A DNA stretch of 56,259 nt from Pirellulales bacterium (GTDB taxonomy: Bacteria > Planctomycetota > Planctomycetia > Pirellulales > JAIMBC01). The notes beneath the pieces were generated by a model, which did not search any database, had not been told where the DNA came from, and saw nothing but the letters and a program-made list of their open reading frames with translations. The stretch spans positions 1 through 56,259 of the forward strand of contig JAIMBC010000003.1 in assembly GCA_023511675.1 (NCBI GenBank), given 5' to 3'. Positions 35,518 to 43,851 of the stretch are shown here, piece by piece (position 1 is the first letter of the stretch; the number at the start of each line of letters is the position of its first letter). Made by a program: the position numbers and the translations under genes.

Positions 35518-38500
35518 TCAGGGCGGGACGGTCTCGCTCTGCTGGACGTCTTGCGTGTCTGGCGGCAGCAGATGCACAAGTTGGCCGCTTTCGAAATGCC
35601 AGATGCGCAGGCTGCCGGAGTGTTCGATCGCTGCCAGCAATTGGGCATTGGCGGTGAGGTCGAGGGCGTTGACATAATCGGCCGCCTCCCAGGTGCGCAG
35701 CAGATTGCCGCCGTCGATTTCGTGCTGGCGGAGCAGCTTGTCTCCGCAGCCGGAGATGACGGTGGAGCTGCCGGGCAGGAATCGCAGTGCGGTGACCGGC
35801 TTGGCAAAGCCTTCGATGGCCAGCAGGGGCTCGCCGGCGAGAGGATTCCAGATGCGGACGACCCCCTCTGCGCCGGCGGAGGCGAGGCGTTCCCCATCGC
35901 TGCGCCAGGCCACGGCCAGTACATGGTGTGCGTGTCCCTCAAATCGTTGGAGTTCGCGCAGTTCCGGTACGCTAAACACCTTCACCAGCCGGTCCGCCCC
36001 TCCCGTAGCGAGATAGCGGCCATCCGGCGAAAACGCGGCTGCGAGCACGGTATCGCTGTGCGCCTGCGGCAGGTGGGCGATCAGCCGGCCGCTGGCCGCT
36101 TCCCAGAGCATCAGTTCCCCCGAGCGAGACGGATCTCCGCCTGCTGCGGCCAGCAGTGTGCCGTCGGGGCTGAACTCGAGGGCCAGCACGCGGTCTGCGG
36201 GCACATCCGCCTCTTCCCCCCCCAGTACACGGTGCAAGGGCCAGGCAGGCTCCAGCTCCCACGCGGCCGCGGTTAGCCCGCCCATGCTCGCCACGCCGCC
36301 AGCAACAAAGGCCAGGACGTGCACGGGCAGCGTGCCCGCTTCGATCACGTCGGCCGGCCGGCCCGTATCGTCTTGCCACAGGTAGATGGCGCCGCTCTCA
36401 CCTGTGGTGGCGACCACGCCCGGTGGTAAGAAGGCCGCGGCCGTGACGGTCCGCAGCGAGGTCTGAAACTCGGCCTCCAGGCTCTGCTGCCGCGTACGGA
36501 CCTCCTCGAGCGACTGCTGCAACATGCTCTTGATTGCCAGGCCGTTTTCGAGCTGGGTCTGGGCCTGGCGGTAAGCGGCCTGGGCATCTTCAGCCAGGCG
36601 GCGCGCTTCGCGCATGGCCTCCATGGCCTGCTGGGCGGCTTGCTGGGCTTGATCGGCTTCTGCCGCAAGCGCTGCGGCACGGGCCTGGGCCTCTGCCGCC
36701 ATGGGGGCCAGGGTGGCGGCGCGCTCTTCGGCTGCTGCGAGCGATTCGCGGGCTTGGTTCAGACGCTCGGCGGCGCGTTGGGAGTCGTGCTCGGCAGCTT
36801 CGGCTGCCTGGGCCAGCTTTTCGTCGTCACGCTTGGCAGCGGCGGCGCTGCGAGCTTGCTCGGCGCGCTGCGCGGCGCGCGCGGCAGCCTGTTCCAGCCG
36901 GGTGACTTGCTGCATAGCATCAGCCAGGGCGCGTTGCGCCTGGCGTGCCTGACGCGTGGCGGCAAAGGCGGCGGCCTGTGCCTGTTGCCACGCGTCCATG
37001 GCGCTTCGGAGCGTTGCCATCCGCTGGGCGTGGTCCCGTTCGGCAGCCGCGAAGGCGGTTTGTCTCGACTCGGCCTCGCTGGCACGCGGCTGGGCATCGT
37101 TCTGGGCTTGCGCCAGCAGTTCTTCATGTGCCGACAGGCGCAACTGAAGGCTCTCGGCTTGTCGCGCCAGCTTGGCGGCCTCTGCGGCCAGTCTGAAGTC
37201 TCCTTGCAACTCGCCGAGGAGCTGGCCGTCTTCAAGATTCCACAACCGGGCCGCGCCGTTTTCTCCGCCCGCAATCAGGCGTGCGCCGTCCGGCCGCACG
37301 GCAAGGGCGCGCACCGCGGCGCCCAACTCAAGCTGGCGCACAAGCTGGGCCTCAGCATTCCACTCTCGGACACGCCCTGCTGCATCTGCGGTGAACAGCC
37401 GGCCGTCGCCCACGGCCTCCATGGCCGTGAGGGGGTCATCGTGCGCCCGGATCCGGCGAGTTGCCAGCAGCGCATGGCGTCGTATCGTGCCGTCGCTGCT
37501 GCACGAGATGACACGCAGCGGGGCATCCTGCTGCTGGCTATCGACCACATCGATCCCCACTCCCGTGACCGCCGCGGTGTGCGAGGCGTACGCCTGTACG
37601 CAGCGGCCCTCTTGCACCTCGAACAGGCGCACCTGGCCCGCCGCATCTCCGCCGGCGGCAAAGCGGCCGTCCGAGGAGAAGGCAACACACGTGACAGGCG
37701 CGGTGAACCCCGTCAGCTCGCGCGCAGGACTACCGTTCTGCTCGAGCAGACGGATGCGTCCATCGTCGCACGCGGCGGCCAGCACATTGCCGGTGGGACT
37801 GACGGCAACGTCCCACCCCGCACTGCCCAGCTCCGCTGCGAATGCGGGCCGCAACTCCCCGTCCCACACGAGAAGCCGGCCATCCTCACCCGCCGAGACG
37901 ATGCGGCTGCCATCAGCACTCCAGGCCACGCTCCCCCTGCCTGCATGCGCGGCCGCCACTCTGGCCACGGGCAAGGCCGTACGCAACACGCTCCCCTCTG
38001 CTGCCACACACAGCACCTGGGAACCGGGCTGCCAGAACAAGGCATTGCACGGCGGGACATCCAGGGCAGACAACAACAGCCCTTGCGGGACATCCCAGGC
38101 ATGGACGCCGTTGGCATCCGCTGCCGCCACAAGAGTACCCTGAGAGTCAAGAGCCAACGCGTGCGGCGGCGTGCCCTGGCCGTCTGTGGCCGTCGTGATG
38201 GTCTGGATCACGCGCAGCGTCTCCAGGTCGATCACCTGGATGCCGGCGCGGTCGGTGAACTGGTGGCCTGCTTCCTCTTGCCGGTTCTGCCCAGTGGCAG
38301 CCTCTGCCGGCGCCGCGGGATCGGCGGCGGGTGGCTGGGGCGCAAATCGCACCGCCACGGCCGCTCGCGACGCCCCCGATGCCATGGCGAGTGCCACGGC
38401 CGGTCCGGCGAGCGGGACCGTGCGTGCCGATCCGAGATCGCTCAACGGCGCCGTGCGCAGCACGCCATCGCTGCCCACGGTAATCACATTCGACTGATGG

Positions 38501-40497
38501 AGGGCCATCCCCGTAACGCTCCCCTGATGCGCCGCCACGGTAAGCGGCGATGCAAGCTGATGCATGTTCCAAAGGCAGACGCGTCCGTCGGCCTCCGCAG
38601 TCAACAGAGTTTGCTGGTCCACGAAGCACACGGCCGTGGCTTGCTGATCGTGGGCCGGCCAGTGCGCCAGCTCCGGCATGCGCCGATCTGCCAGGTCCCA
38701 AACGCGCACCGTGCCGTCGTCGGCGGCCGTGGCCAAACGCTGTGCATCGGGAGAAAAGGCCAGAGCGCGAATCTGCTTGGTGTGGCCCAACAAGAGATGC
38801 GTGGTTGCTCCCTGTTCGAGATCCCGGACCACGGCCGCCGGCCGCCCGTCGATTTCCTCCGCCGTGGCAAGCCAGCGGCCGTCGTAACTGAGGGCGGCAG
38901 CCGTGGGCCGTGCCTCGTTCTGGCAAAGGGCGGCCGCCTCCGCATCCAACTGCCAGAGCCTCAGCGCACCATCGTCCGTCGCAACGACCACCCGACGGCC
39001 CTCGGGATGCACGGCCAGATCGGCCACGCGAGCCTGCCCGAGCCGCAAAGTCTGCAAGATCTCATTTGCATCGAGCGAAGCGACCTCCACCCTGCCCACA
39101 GCCGGAGCGAACGCGGCCCGGCTGCCGTCTGGCCACAACGCCACACGCTCCAGATGACCGGCTTCTCCGCGGGCAACCGTGCTGATCCTGAGATCTTCGA
39201 GAGTCAAACGGCGGAGGCGGCCATCCTGCCCGCTCACCAGCGCGCTTCGTGCAGGGGATACGACCAACGACGTGGCCGGAGCAGACAACCGCGCAATGCG
39301 CTGAGAGGCCGGCTGCTGGAGTGCCCAGTACTGCACGTAGCCGTCGCCGCTGCTGGTGGCGATGTGCGTCTCGTCCACAAGGGCAAGGTGGCGCACGGGA
39401 GCCGGCGTGATCAGCCGCCGCAACTGCCGGCTACTCTCCACGCTCCACACGCGTACGGTTCCGTCCAGCCAGGCGGCGTACAGCACTTGGCCATCGGCAG
39501 AGAACCGAACCTGCGATATGCCCGCGGCGTGGCCCCGCAACACGCCTTCCAGGCGGCCATCGACTGCGGCCAGCAGATGGATCTGTGCGTCTCCCACCAC
39601 CACCGCCACCAGACGGCCATCAGGGCTGGCAGCCAGAACGCCCGCCGACGGTCGCGCCGCGCCGCCATCCGCCATGCCCTCCTGCTGGGGCTCCGCCCCA
39701 CTCCATTGCCAGCGGCGGACGTCCCTGGGACGACGCCAAACTCGTATTGTCTTGTACCCGCCCGCGGCCAGCAGTTCGCCGGTCGGATCGAAGGCGATGG
39801 CACGCACGCCGTCTCGATCGGCCTGCCCGCTCGCCAGGGCTGGGTCGGCAAGCTGTGCTACCAACCGTCCCGTCTGAGTCTGATACACAAACAACTGCGT
39901 CCCTCGGCTGAAGGCCACCAGGGCATCATCGCTGCTGAAGCGCACGGCCCAACCGGGCTTCCAGGCAGCAGGCGGCTGGCGCCAGCGCACCGCGGCACGC
40001 CGCGATGAGACGCTGCCCGAGGCACCCTCTTCGATCCAGCGACGCAATACCTCGAGTTCTGCGTCGCCAAGCGGCTCTGCTCCCACCTGATTGTCAGGCG
40101 GAGGCATGGCCGGCTCGGTGCGGCCGCTGGTTAGGGCCAGGAGCAGGCTGTCCACGGGATTGCCGGGTACCACGGCGGGGCCGCGGGAGCCGCCGGAGCG
40201 GATGGCCTCGGGCGTCTCCAGTACCAAGCCACCTTCGCTGCGAGACGCGCTATGGCACGCCAGGCAATGCGCTTGCAGAATGGGCAGCACATGCTCTTCA
40301 AAACGAACCTTGTCTGCCGCTGGCGTGCCGGGCTGCGGAGGTTGCCCCAGCACCGCCGGATTGCAGGCAACCATGCTCATGGCAAGCCCTGCACAGCAGA
40401 GGCCTGCCCAGACGCGAGACCAGTTCGGTGGGAAAGGCAGTTCGTGGGTAAAGCGAGTCGGCATCATTGCCAGTACATCAGGGGCTGTGCTTGCCAT
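35518..40497 (-). CDS. Planctomycete cytochrome c (PSCyt1-like) + WD40 repeats (28 blades) with inserted coiled coil
   Basis: Signal-like hydrophobic segment, then VRFEEHVLPILQAHCLACH...GGLVL...AVVPG.P..SLL...MPP...WIEEGA (CxxCH at 40252-40266), WD40 blades, and an Ala/Gln/Glu helical insert at about 36455-37200. Start is 40497 or 40467. Confidence 0.9.
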   Translation of the reverse strand: MASTAPDVLAMMPTRFTHELPFPPNWSRVWAGLCCAGLAMSMVACNPAVLGQPPQPGTPAADKVRFEEHVLPILQAHCLACHSASRSEGGLVLETPEAIRSGGSRGPAVVPGNPVDSLLLALTSGRTEPAMPPPDNQVGAEPLGDAELEVLRRWIEEGASGSVSSRRAAVRWRQPPAAWKPGWAVRFSSDDALVAFSRGTQLFVYQTQTGRLVAQLADPALASGQADRDGVRAIAFDPTGELLAAGGYKTIRVWRRPRDVRRWQWSGAEPQQEGMADGGAARPSAGVLAASPDGRLVAVVVGDAQIHLLAAVDGRLEGVLRGHAAGISQVRFSADGQVLYAAWLDGTVRVWSVESSRQLRRLITPAPVRHLALVDETHIATSSGDGYVQYWALQQPASQRIARLSAPATSLVVSPARSALVSGQDGRLRRLTLEDLRISTVARGEAGHLERVALWPDGSRAAFAPAVGRVEVASLDANEILQTLRLGQARVADLAVHPEGRRVVVATDDGALRLWQLDAEAAALCQNEARPTAAALSYDGRWLATAEEIDGRPAAVVRDLEQGATTHLLLGHTKQIRALAFSPDAQRLATAADDGTVRVWDLADRRMPELAHWPAHDQQATAVCFVDQQTLLTAEADGRVCLWNMHQLASPLTVAAHQGSVTGMALHQSNVITVGSDGVLRTAPLSDLGSARTVPLAGPAVALAMASGASRAAVAVRFAPQPPAADPAAPAEAATGQNRQEEAGHQFTDRAGIQVIDLETLRVIQTITTATDGQGTPPHALALDSQGTLVAAADANGVHAWDVPQGLLLSALDVPPCNALFWQPGSQVLCVAAEGSVLRTALPVARVAAAHAGRGSVAWSADGSRIVSAGEDGRLLVWDGELRPAFAAELGSAGWDVAVSPTGNVLAAACDDGRIRLLEQNGSPARELTGFTAPVTCVAFSSDGRFAAGGDAAGQVRLFEVQEGRCVQAYASHTAAVTGVGIDVVDSQQQDAPLRVISCSSDGTIRRHALLATRRIRAHDDPLTAMEAVGDGRLFTADAAGRVREWNAEAQLVRQLELGAAVRALAVRPDGARLIAGGENGAARLWNLEDGQLLGELQGDFRLAAEAAKLARQAESLQLRLSAHEELLAQAQNDAQPRASEAESRQTAFAAAERDHAQRMATLRSAMDAWQQAQAAAFAATRQARQAQRALADAMQQVTRLEQAAARAAQRAEQARSAAAAKRDDEKLAQAAEAAEHDSQRAAERLNQARESLAAAEERAATLAPMAAEAQARAAALAAEADQAQQAAQQAMEAMREARRLAEDAQAAYRQAQTQLENGLAIKSMLQQSLEEVRTRQQSLEAEFQTSLRTVTAAAFLPPGVVATTGESGAIYLWQDDTGRPADVIEAGTLPVHVLAFVAGGVASMGGLTAAAWELEPAWPLHRVLGGEEADVPADRVLALEFSPDGTLLAAAGGDPSRSGELMLWEAASGRLIAHLPQAHSDTVLAAAFSPDGRYLATGGADRLVKVFSVPELRELQRFEGHAHHVLAVAWRSDGERLASAGAEGVVRIWNPLAGEPLLAIEGFAKPVTALRFLPGSSTVISGCGDKLLRQHEIDGGNLLRTWEAADYVNALDLTANAQLLAAIEHSGSLRIWHFESGQLVHLLPPDTQDVQQSETVPP

Positions 40498-43400
40498 CGA
40501 GATCCTCCCCTGGCGCGGCCGCGGGCGCGATCCACACCCGGAGGGGCCGCAGCACCTCGACTCCCTGGCCGTTGAAGCCGAGCGAGAGCCGCAACACGGC
40601 CTGGTGCGTGCCGAGTGCCGCATCCGGGGCTGCTTCCACCCGCAAGGCGCCCGCGGTCTGCTGCGGCTCGAGATACAGGCCTGAGGCACCAAGGCCCGCG
40701 GCGCCCTCGGGCAGCCCTAGTTCGACGGAAACCCCCTCTTCAAAGCCGAACAGGCGTACGATCGAGATGGGCAGCTCGACGCTTGTACCCGGGGCAACGG
40801 TCAATTCAGCGGGCACCGTCAGCTCGAGAGGGGCTTCGGCCACATCGATGGTCACCGAAGTCGACGGATAGGCCGCGGCATAGCCACGCGTCGCGGCTGC
40901 TTCGGCCAGCTCCGCTGCCAGGCGTTCGAGTTCGGCAAACCACTCCGCGGCCTCTGCCGCGGCGCGCTCAGCGTGAGAAAGGGTCTGTTGGGCCTGGTCG
41001 AATTCAGCTACAGCGCGTTCGAGCGCTAGCCGGCGGTGTGCCAGTTCTTCTTGAATGCGCGTGAGCTGGCTAAGGGCAGCGTCTCGTCGTTCTTGGGCAT
41101 CCCTGGAGCGTGCAGCCGCTTGTTGTAGCTGCTCGGCCAGAGCGGGGTCTGCGGGGGCTTCCTTGGCGGCGCGGCGAGCGGCCTCGAGTTGCTCGGCGGT
41201 CTGGGCCGCTTGCGCATCGGCTTCCGCACGTGCCTGTTCTGCGGCATCGAGTTCGATGCGGCCGTCTTCAACCTGGCTGCGTGCTTGCGCCAGGTTCTGC
41301 TCCGCCGCTGCGAAGGCCTCGGCGGCACGGTTGGCCGCCGCCTGCACCTCGGGCAGGGCCGCTTCCACAGCCGCCTTGCGTGCCGCGGCTGCTGCCGCGG
41401 CCTCGGGATTGCGGGCATACGGCACCTCGGCCACTCCCATCAGAGAGAACGTGTAGCGGCCTGTTGGGCAGTCTCCAGGCAGAATGAGTTCTAACGTGCC
41501 CGACGAGGCGGAACCTTCCAGATTCAGTTCATTGATCTGCTGCAAGCCGGGCGGACCGCCGCGCAGTGCAAAAGAGACGCTGCCCGCAAACCCCCCGCGC
41601 CGTACCACCTGTACGGGTATGGAAAGGCGGGCGCCGCGGCAGGTAGACAAGGCGGGCTGTTGCGTCTCCCCCAGTCGCGCGGTGAAAGGGGCCGCCTCTG
41701 CCAGAACGTGCAGCGGCAGCGCTGCACTCACCCGTGCGCGGGGCAAAGGAGGCCGCCGCGGATCGTAGGGCACCGTGCCGGCCAGCGCCGTGCGTTCCAC
41801 CACGCGGCCGCCTAAGGTGGCCCTCGCCACCACGCGCAGGTATGCCAGCGCCGGCTCCACTGCTTCATCCGCCACCAGCGTCACACTTCCGGCAGACAAC
41901 CCCGGCCCCAGCACGGCCGGCTCCGCGCTCACGCCCGGCGGCAGGCCTTCGATTTGCACCTCGACCTCTCCCGCAAAGCCCTGAATGCGATACAGAACCA
42001 GGTCGATGGTCTCCACGCCGCCAGCGCGCAGCACCAAGGGCCAGACAGCCGGCGAGCGATCGTTGGGATCCTCTCCCACTCCAGCGGTACGCGGCAGGGC
42101 AACCAGCGAGAAGTCTGGCTCGGCCTGGCGGATCAGCAGACAATACGCATGGCGCGGGTCGGCGGCTGGATTTCCGGTGAGATCCCGCAGCATCAGGCGG
42201 TATCGGCCGTCTGCCGGTGCCACAAAGAGCAGGGCGGGGTCTTTGGACTCGCAGTAGTCGGCCTGGTCGGGATGTGCGTCCAGGTCGTCGACGGCGGCCA
42301 GCTCGAGGGCTTGCTCGTTCCCCTCGTCGTCGCGCACAACCTGGTGGATCACCAGCAACGGGTCGGTCGGCAAGCCGAGACGGTGAGAGAGGACTTCGAT
42401 CCACAACGCCTCACCGCCGTTTGCATCAAAGGCGTACCAATCTCGATCGGCGCGCGAGAAGGTGCCCACCAGCTCACAGGGTACTTGCAAGGGCTGCGGC
42501 CGAGCGGGCTGGTTGTTGGGCTCACGTTCCTGTGCCAGAGGCGCAGCGGCGAAGAATAGCCGTACCGGATTGGCCGTTCCGTGCTGCGAGCGAAACAAGA
42601 GGTCGATCCCATCGAGCGCCTGGGGCGCCAGCTCCAGGGGCAGGCCAGCATGTTCTCCCCACGCCAGGACGCCGCCCATGTCCGCCGCTGTTGGAAGCGA
42701 GAAGCCTGCCACATCCTGCGAGTCCATATCGGGCGCAGCCGGAACCGGCCCCTCCGTTGCGCTGTCTGGGTGGGGGGGCTGACCGGCCGCGCCGGCAGGG
42801 GGCAGTTCCGGCGAAGCAGAGGAGCGGACCGTGCCTGGCCGTGCAGGCGATGAATTTTCCGCTGCCGGCTCGGACGCCCGGGCCGCAGCCGTGGCACCTT
42901 CCAGCACGGCCTGAAGGAAGCGTACCGAGGCGTCGGGAAGAGACAGCTCTAGGGAAAGCTCTTCCAGCTCATGGTTTCCGATGCGCACTCCCTTGGCCCG
43001 CTTGCCCCCGATATTGCGGCCGTACAGGGTGATGCGGCTGCTTTGTCCGGCGGGGATGGCCGGCGGAAACACCATATCGATGTACGGCCCCGTCGTGGCA
43101 TGCAGGCGGTACACATAGCCGAGCATGCCGTCTCCGCCGTACGCCGCGTCATGCACGGCCACATGGTAGATCGCGGGCCGCGCGGGAGTCACATCCAGGA
43201 TGGCACGCCCGTACACGCCGCTCGTAGCCGTGGCAAGCTGGGCTCCCTGCTCGTCATGCAGCACGAGCGTGGGGGCAGCACGTGAGTCGATCTGCCTTGC
43301 CTCGCACACGATCAGCGTCCGTGCCGCCCCTAAGGCCAGGCGGTACACGTCCACGTCTCCTTCTCCCTCCAGCACGCCATTGGCCACCGCCTCCAGCGTC

Positions 43401-43834
43401 AGCTCCGTGGCTGCATCGCACTGGTTGTTCGGTTCCGTTTCACGCACTTCAGGCCGGCTGCCCACCATGAATGGCCGCGGATTGGAAAGACCGTACCTTC
43501 CCTGGACGCGCAGTTCATACGTGCCGGCAGCAACCTCCGCCCCGATTGAAACGATGAAGCGATTGGCCGCCACTTGCGGTTCGCTCTCCGTCAACCTGGG
43601 GGGGCGCATCAGCGGTTCGGCCGCAATGCCCGGATGAGAGGCGATCAGCCGTGCGGGCTCTGCCGCCGCCCCATCCAGGTCCGCGCCGGCTACCTCCACT
43701 TCCACACGGGTACCCGCCTGTCCTCCAGCGGGGAACAGGCCATACAGCCGCGCTATGGGCAACTGTGCCTCCGCAGCGCGCAGCACAAGCAGGAGCCACA
43801 AGCAAAGGCAGCCGCACGGTACTTTAGGCCGCAT
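40478..43834 (-). CDS. Exported PPC (pre-peptidase C-terminal)/Ig-like repeat protein with inserted coiled coil
   Basis: Signal peptide, LFPAGGQAGT.VEV.V.G.DL, two E.EPNN motifs, DVDVY/DRDWY, DP.L.F.APADG.Y and PDFSL, plus a helical insert at about 40885-41420. No protease catalytic motif seen. Confidence 0.85.
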   Translation of the reverse strand: MRPKVPCGCLCLWLLLVLRAAEAQLPIARLYGLFPAGGQAGTRVEVEVAGADLDGAAAEPARLIASHPGIAAEPLMRPPRLTESEPQVAANRFIVSIGAEVAAGTYELRVQGRYGLSNPRPFMVGSRPEVRETEPNNQCDAATELTLEAVANGVLEGEGDVDVYRLALGAARTLIVCEARQIDSRAAPTLVLHDEQGAQLATATSGVYGRAILDVTPARPAIYHVAVHDAAYGGDGMLGYVYRLHATTGPYIDMVFPPAIPAGQSSRITLYGRNIGGKRAKGVRIGNHELEELSLELSLPDASVRFLQAVLEGATAAARASEPAAENSSPARPGTVRSSASPELPPAGAAGQPPHPDSATEGPVPAAPDMDSQDVAGFSLPTAADMGGVLAWGEHAGLPLELAPQALDGIDLLFRSQHGTANPVRLFFAAAPLAQEREPNNQPARPQPLQVPCELVGTFSRADRDWYAFDANGGEALWIEVLSHRLGLPTDPLLVIHQVVRDDEGNEQALELAAVDDLDAHPDQADYCESKDPALLFVAPADGRYRLMLRDLTGNPAADPRHAYCLLIRQAEPDFSLVALPRTAGVGEDPNDRSPAVWPLVLRAGGVETIDLVLYRIQGFAGEVEVQIEGLPPGVSAEPAVLGPGLSAGSVTLVADEAVEPALAYLRVVARATLGGRVVERTALAGTVPYDPRRPPLPRARVSAALPLHVLAEAAPFTARLGETQQPALSTCRGARLSIPVQVVRRGGFAGSVSFALRGGPPGLQQINELNLEGSASSGTLELILPGDCPTGRYTFSLMGVAEVPYARNPEAAAAAAARKAAVEAALPEVQAAANRAAEAFAAAEQNLAQARSQVEDGRIELDAAEQARAEADAQAAQTAEQLEAARRAAKEAPADPALAEQLQQAAARSRDAQERRDAALSQLTRIQEELAHRRLALERAVAEFDQAQQTLSHAERAAAEAAEWFAELERLAAELAEAAATRGYAAAYPSTSVTIDVAEAPLELTVPAELTVAPGTSVELPISIVRLFGFEEGVSVELGLPEGAAGLGASGLYLEPQQTAGALRVEAAPDAALGTHQAVLRLSLGFNGQGVEVLRPLRVWIAPAAAPGEDLDGKHSP

Positions 43835-43851
43835 GAGCCATTGCCCTAGGT

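Noticed and set aside
36640-40008. 1122-aa + strand ORF and other long antisense ORFs (e.g. 3252..4583, 47692..48894, 50577..52100)
   Set aside because: These are shadow frames opposite well-supported genes, expected in high-GC DNA, and their translations have no family motifs.
28315-40497. NLR/STAND-type or kinase-WD40 immune receptors
   Set aside because: No Walker A NTPase, TIR, caspase or kinase domain is present, and both proteins have export-type N-termini.
40478-43834. Annotation as a subtilisin-like serine protease
   Set aside because: Only PPC/Ig-like accessory domains are visible; no S8 Asp/His/Ser motifs were found.
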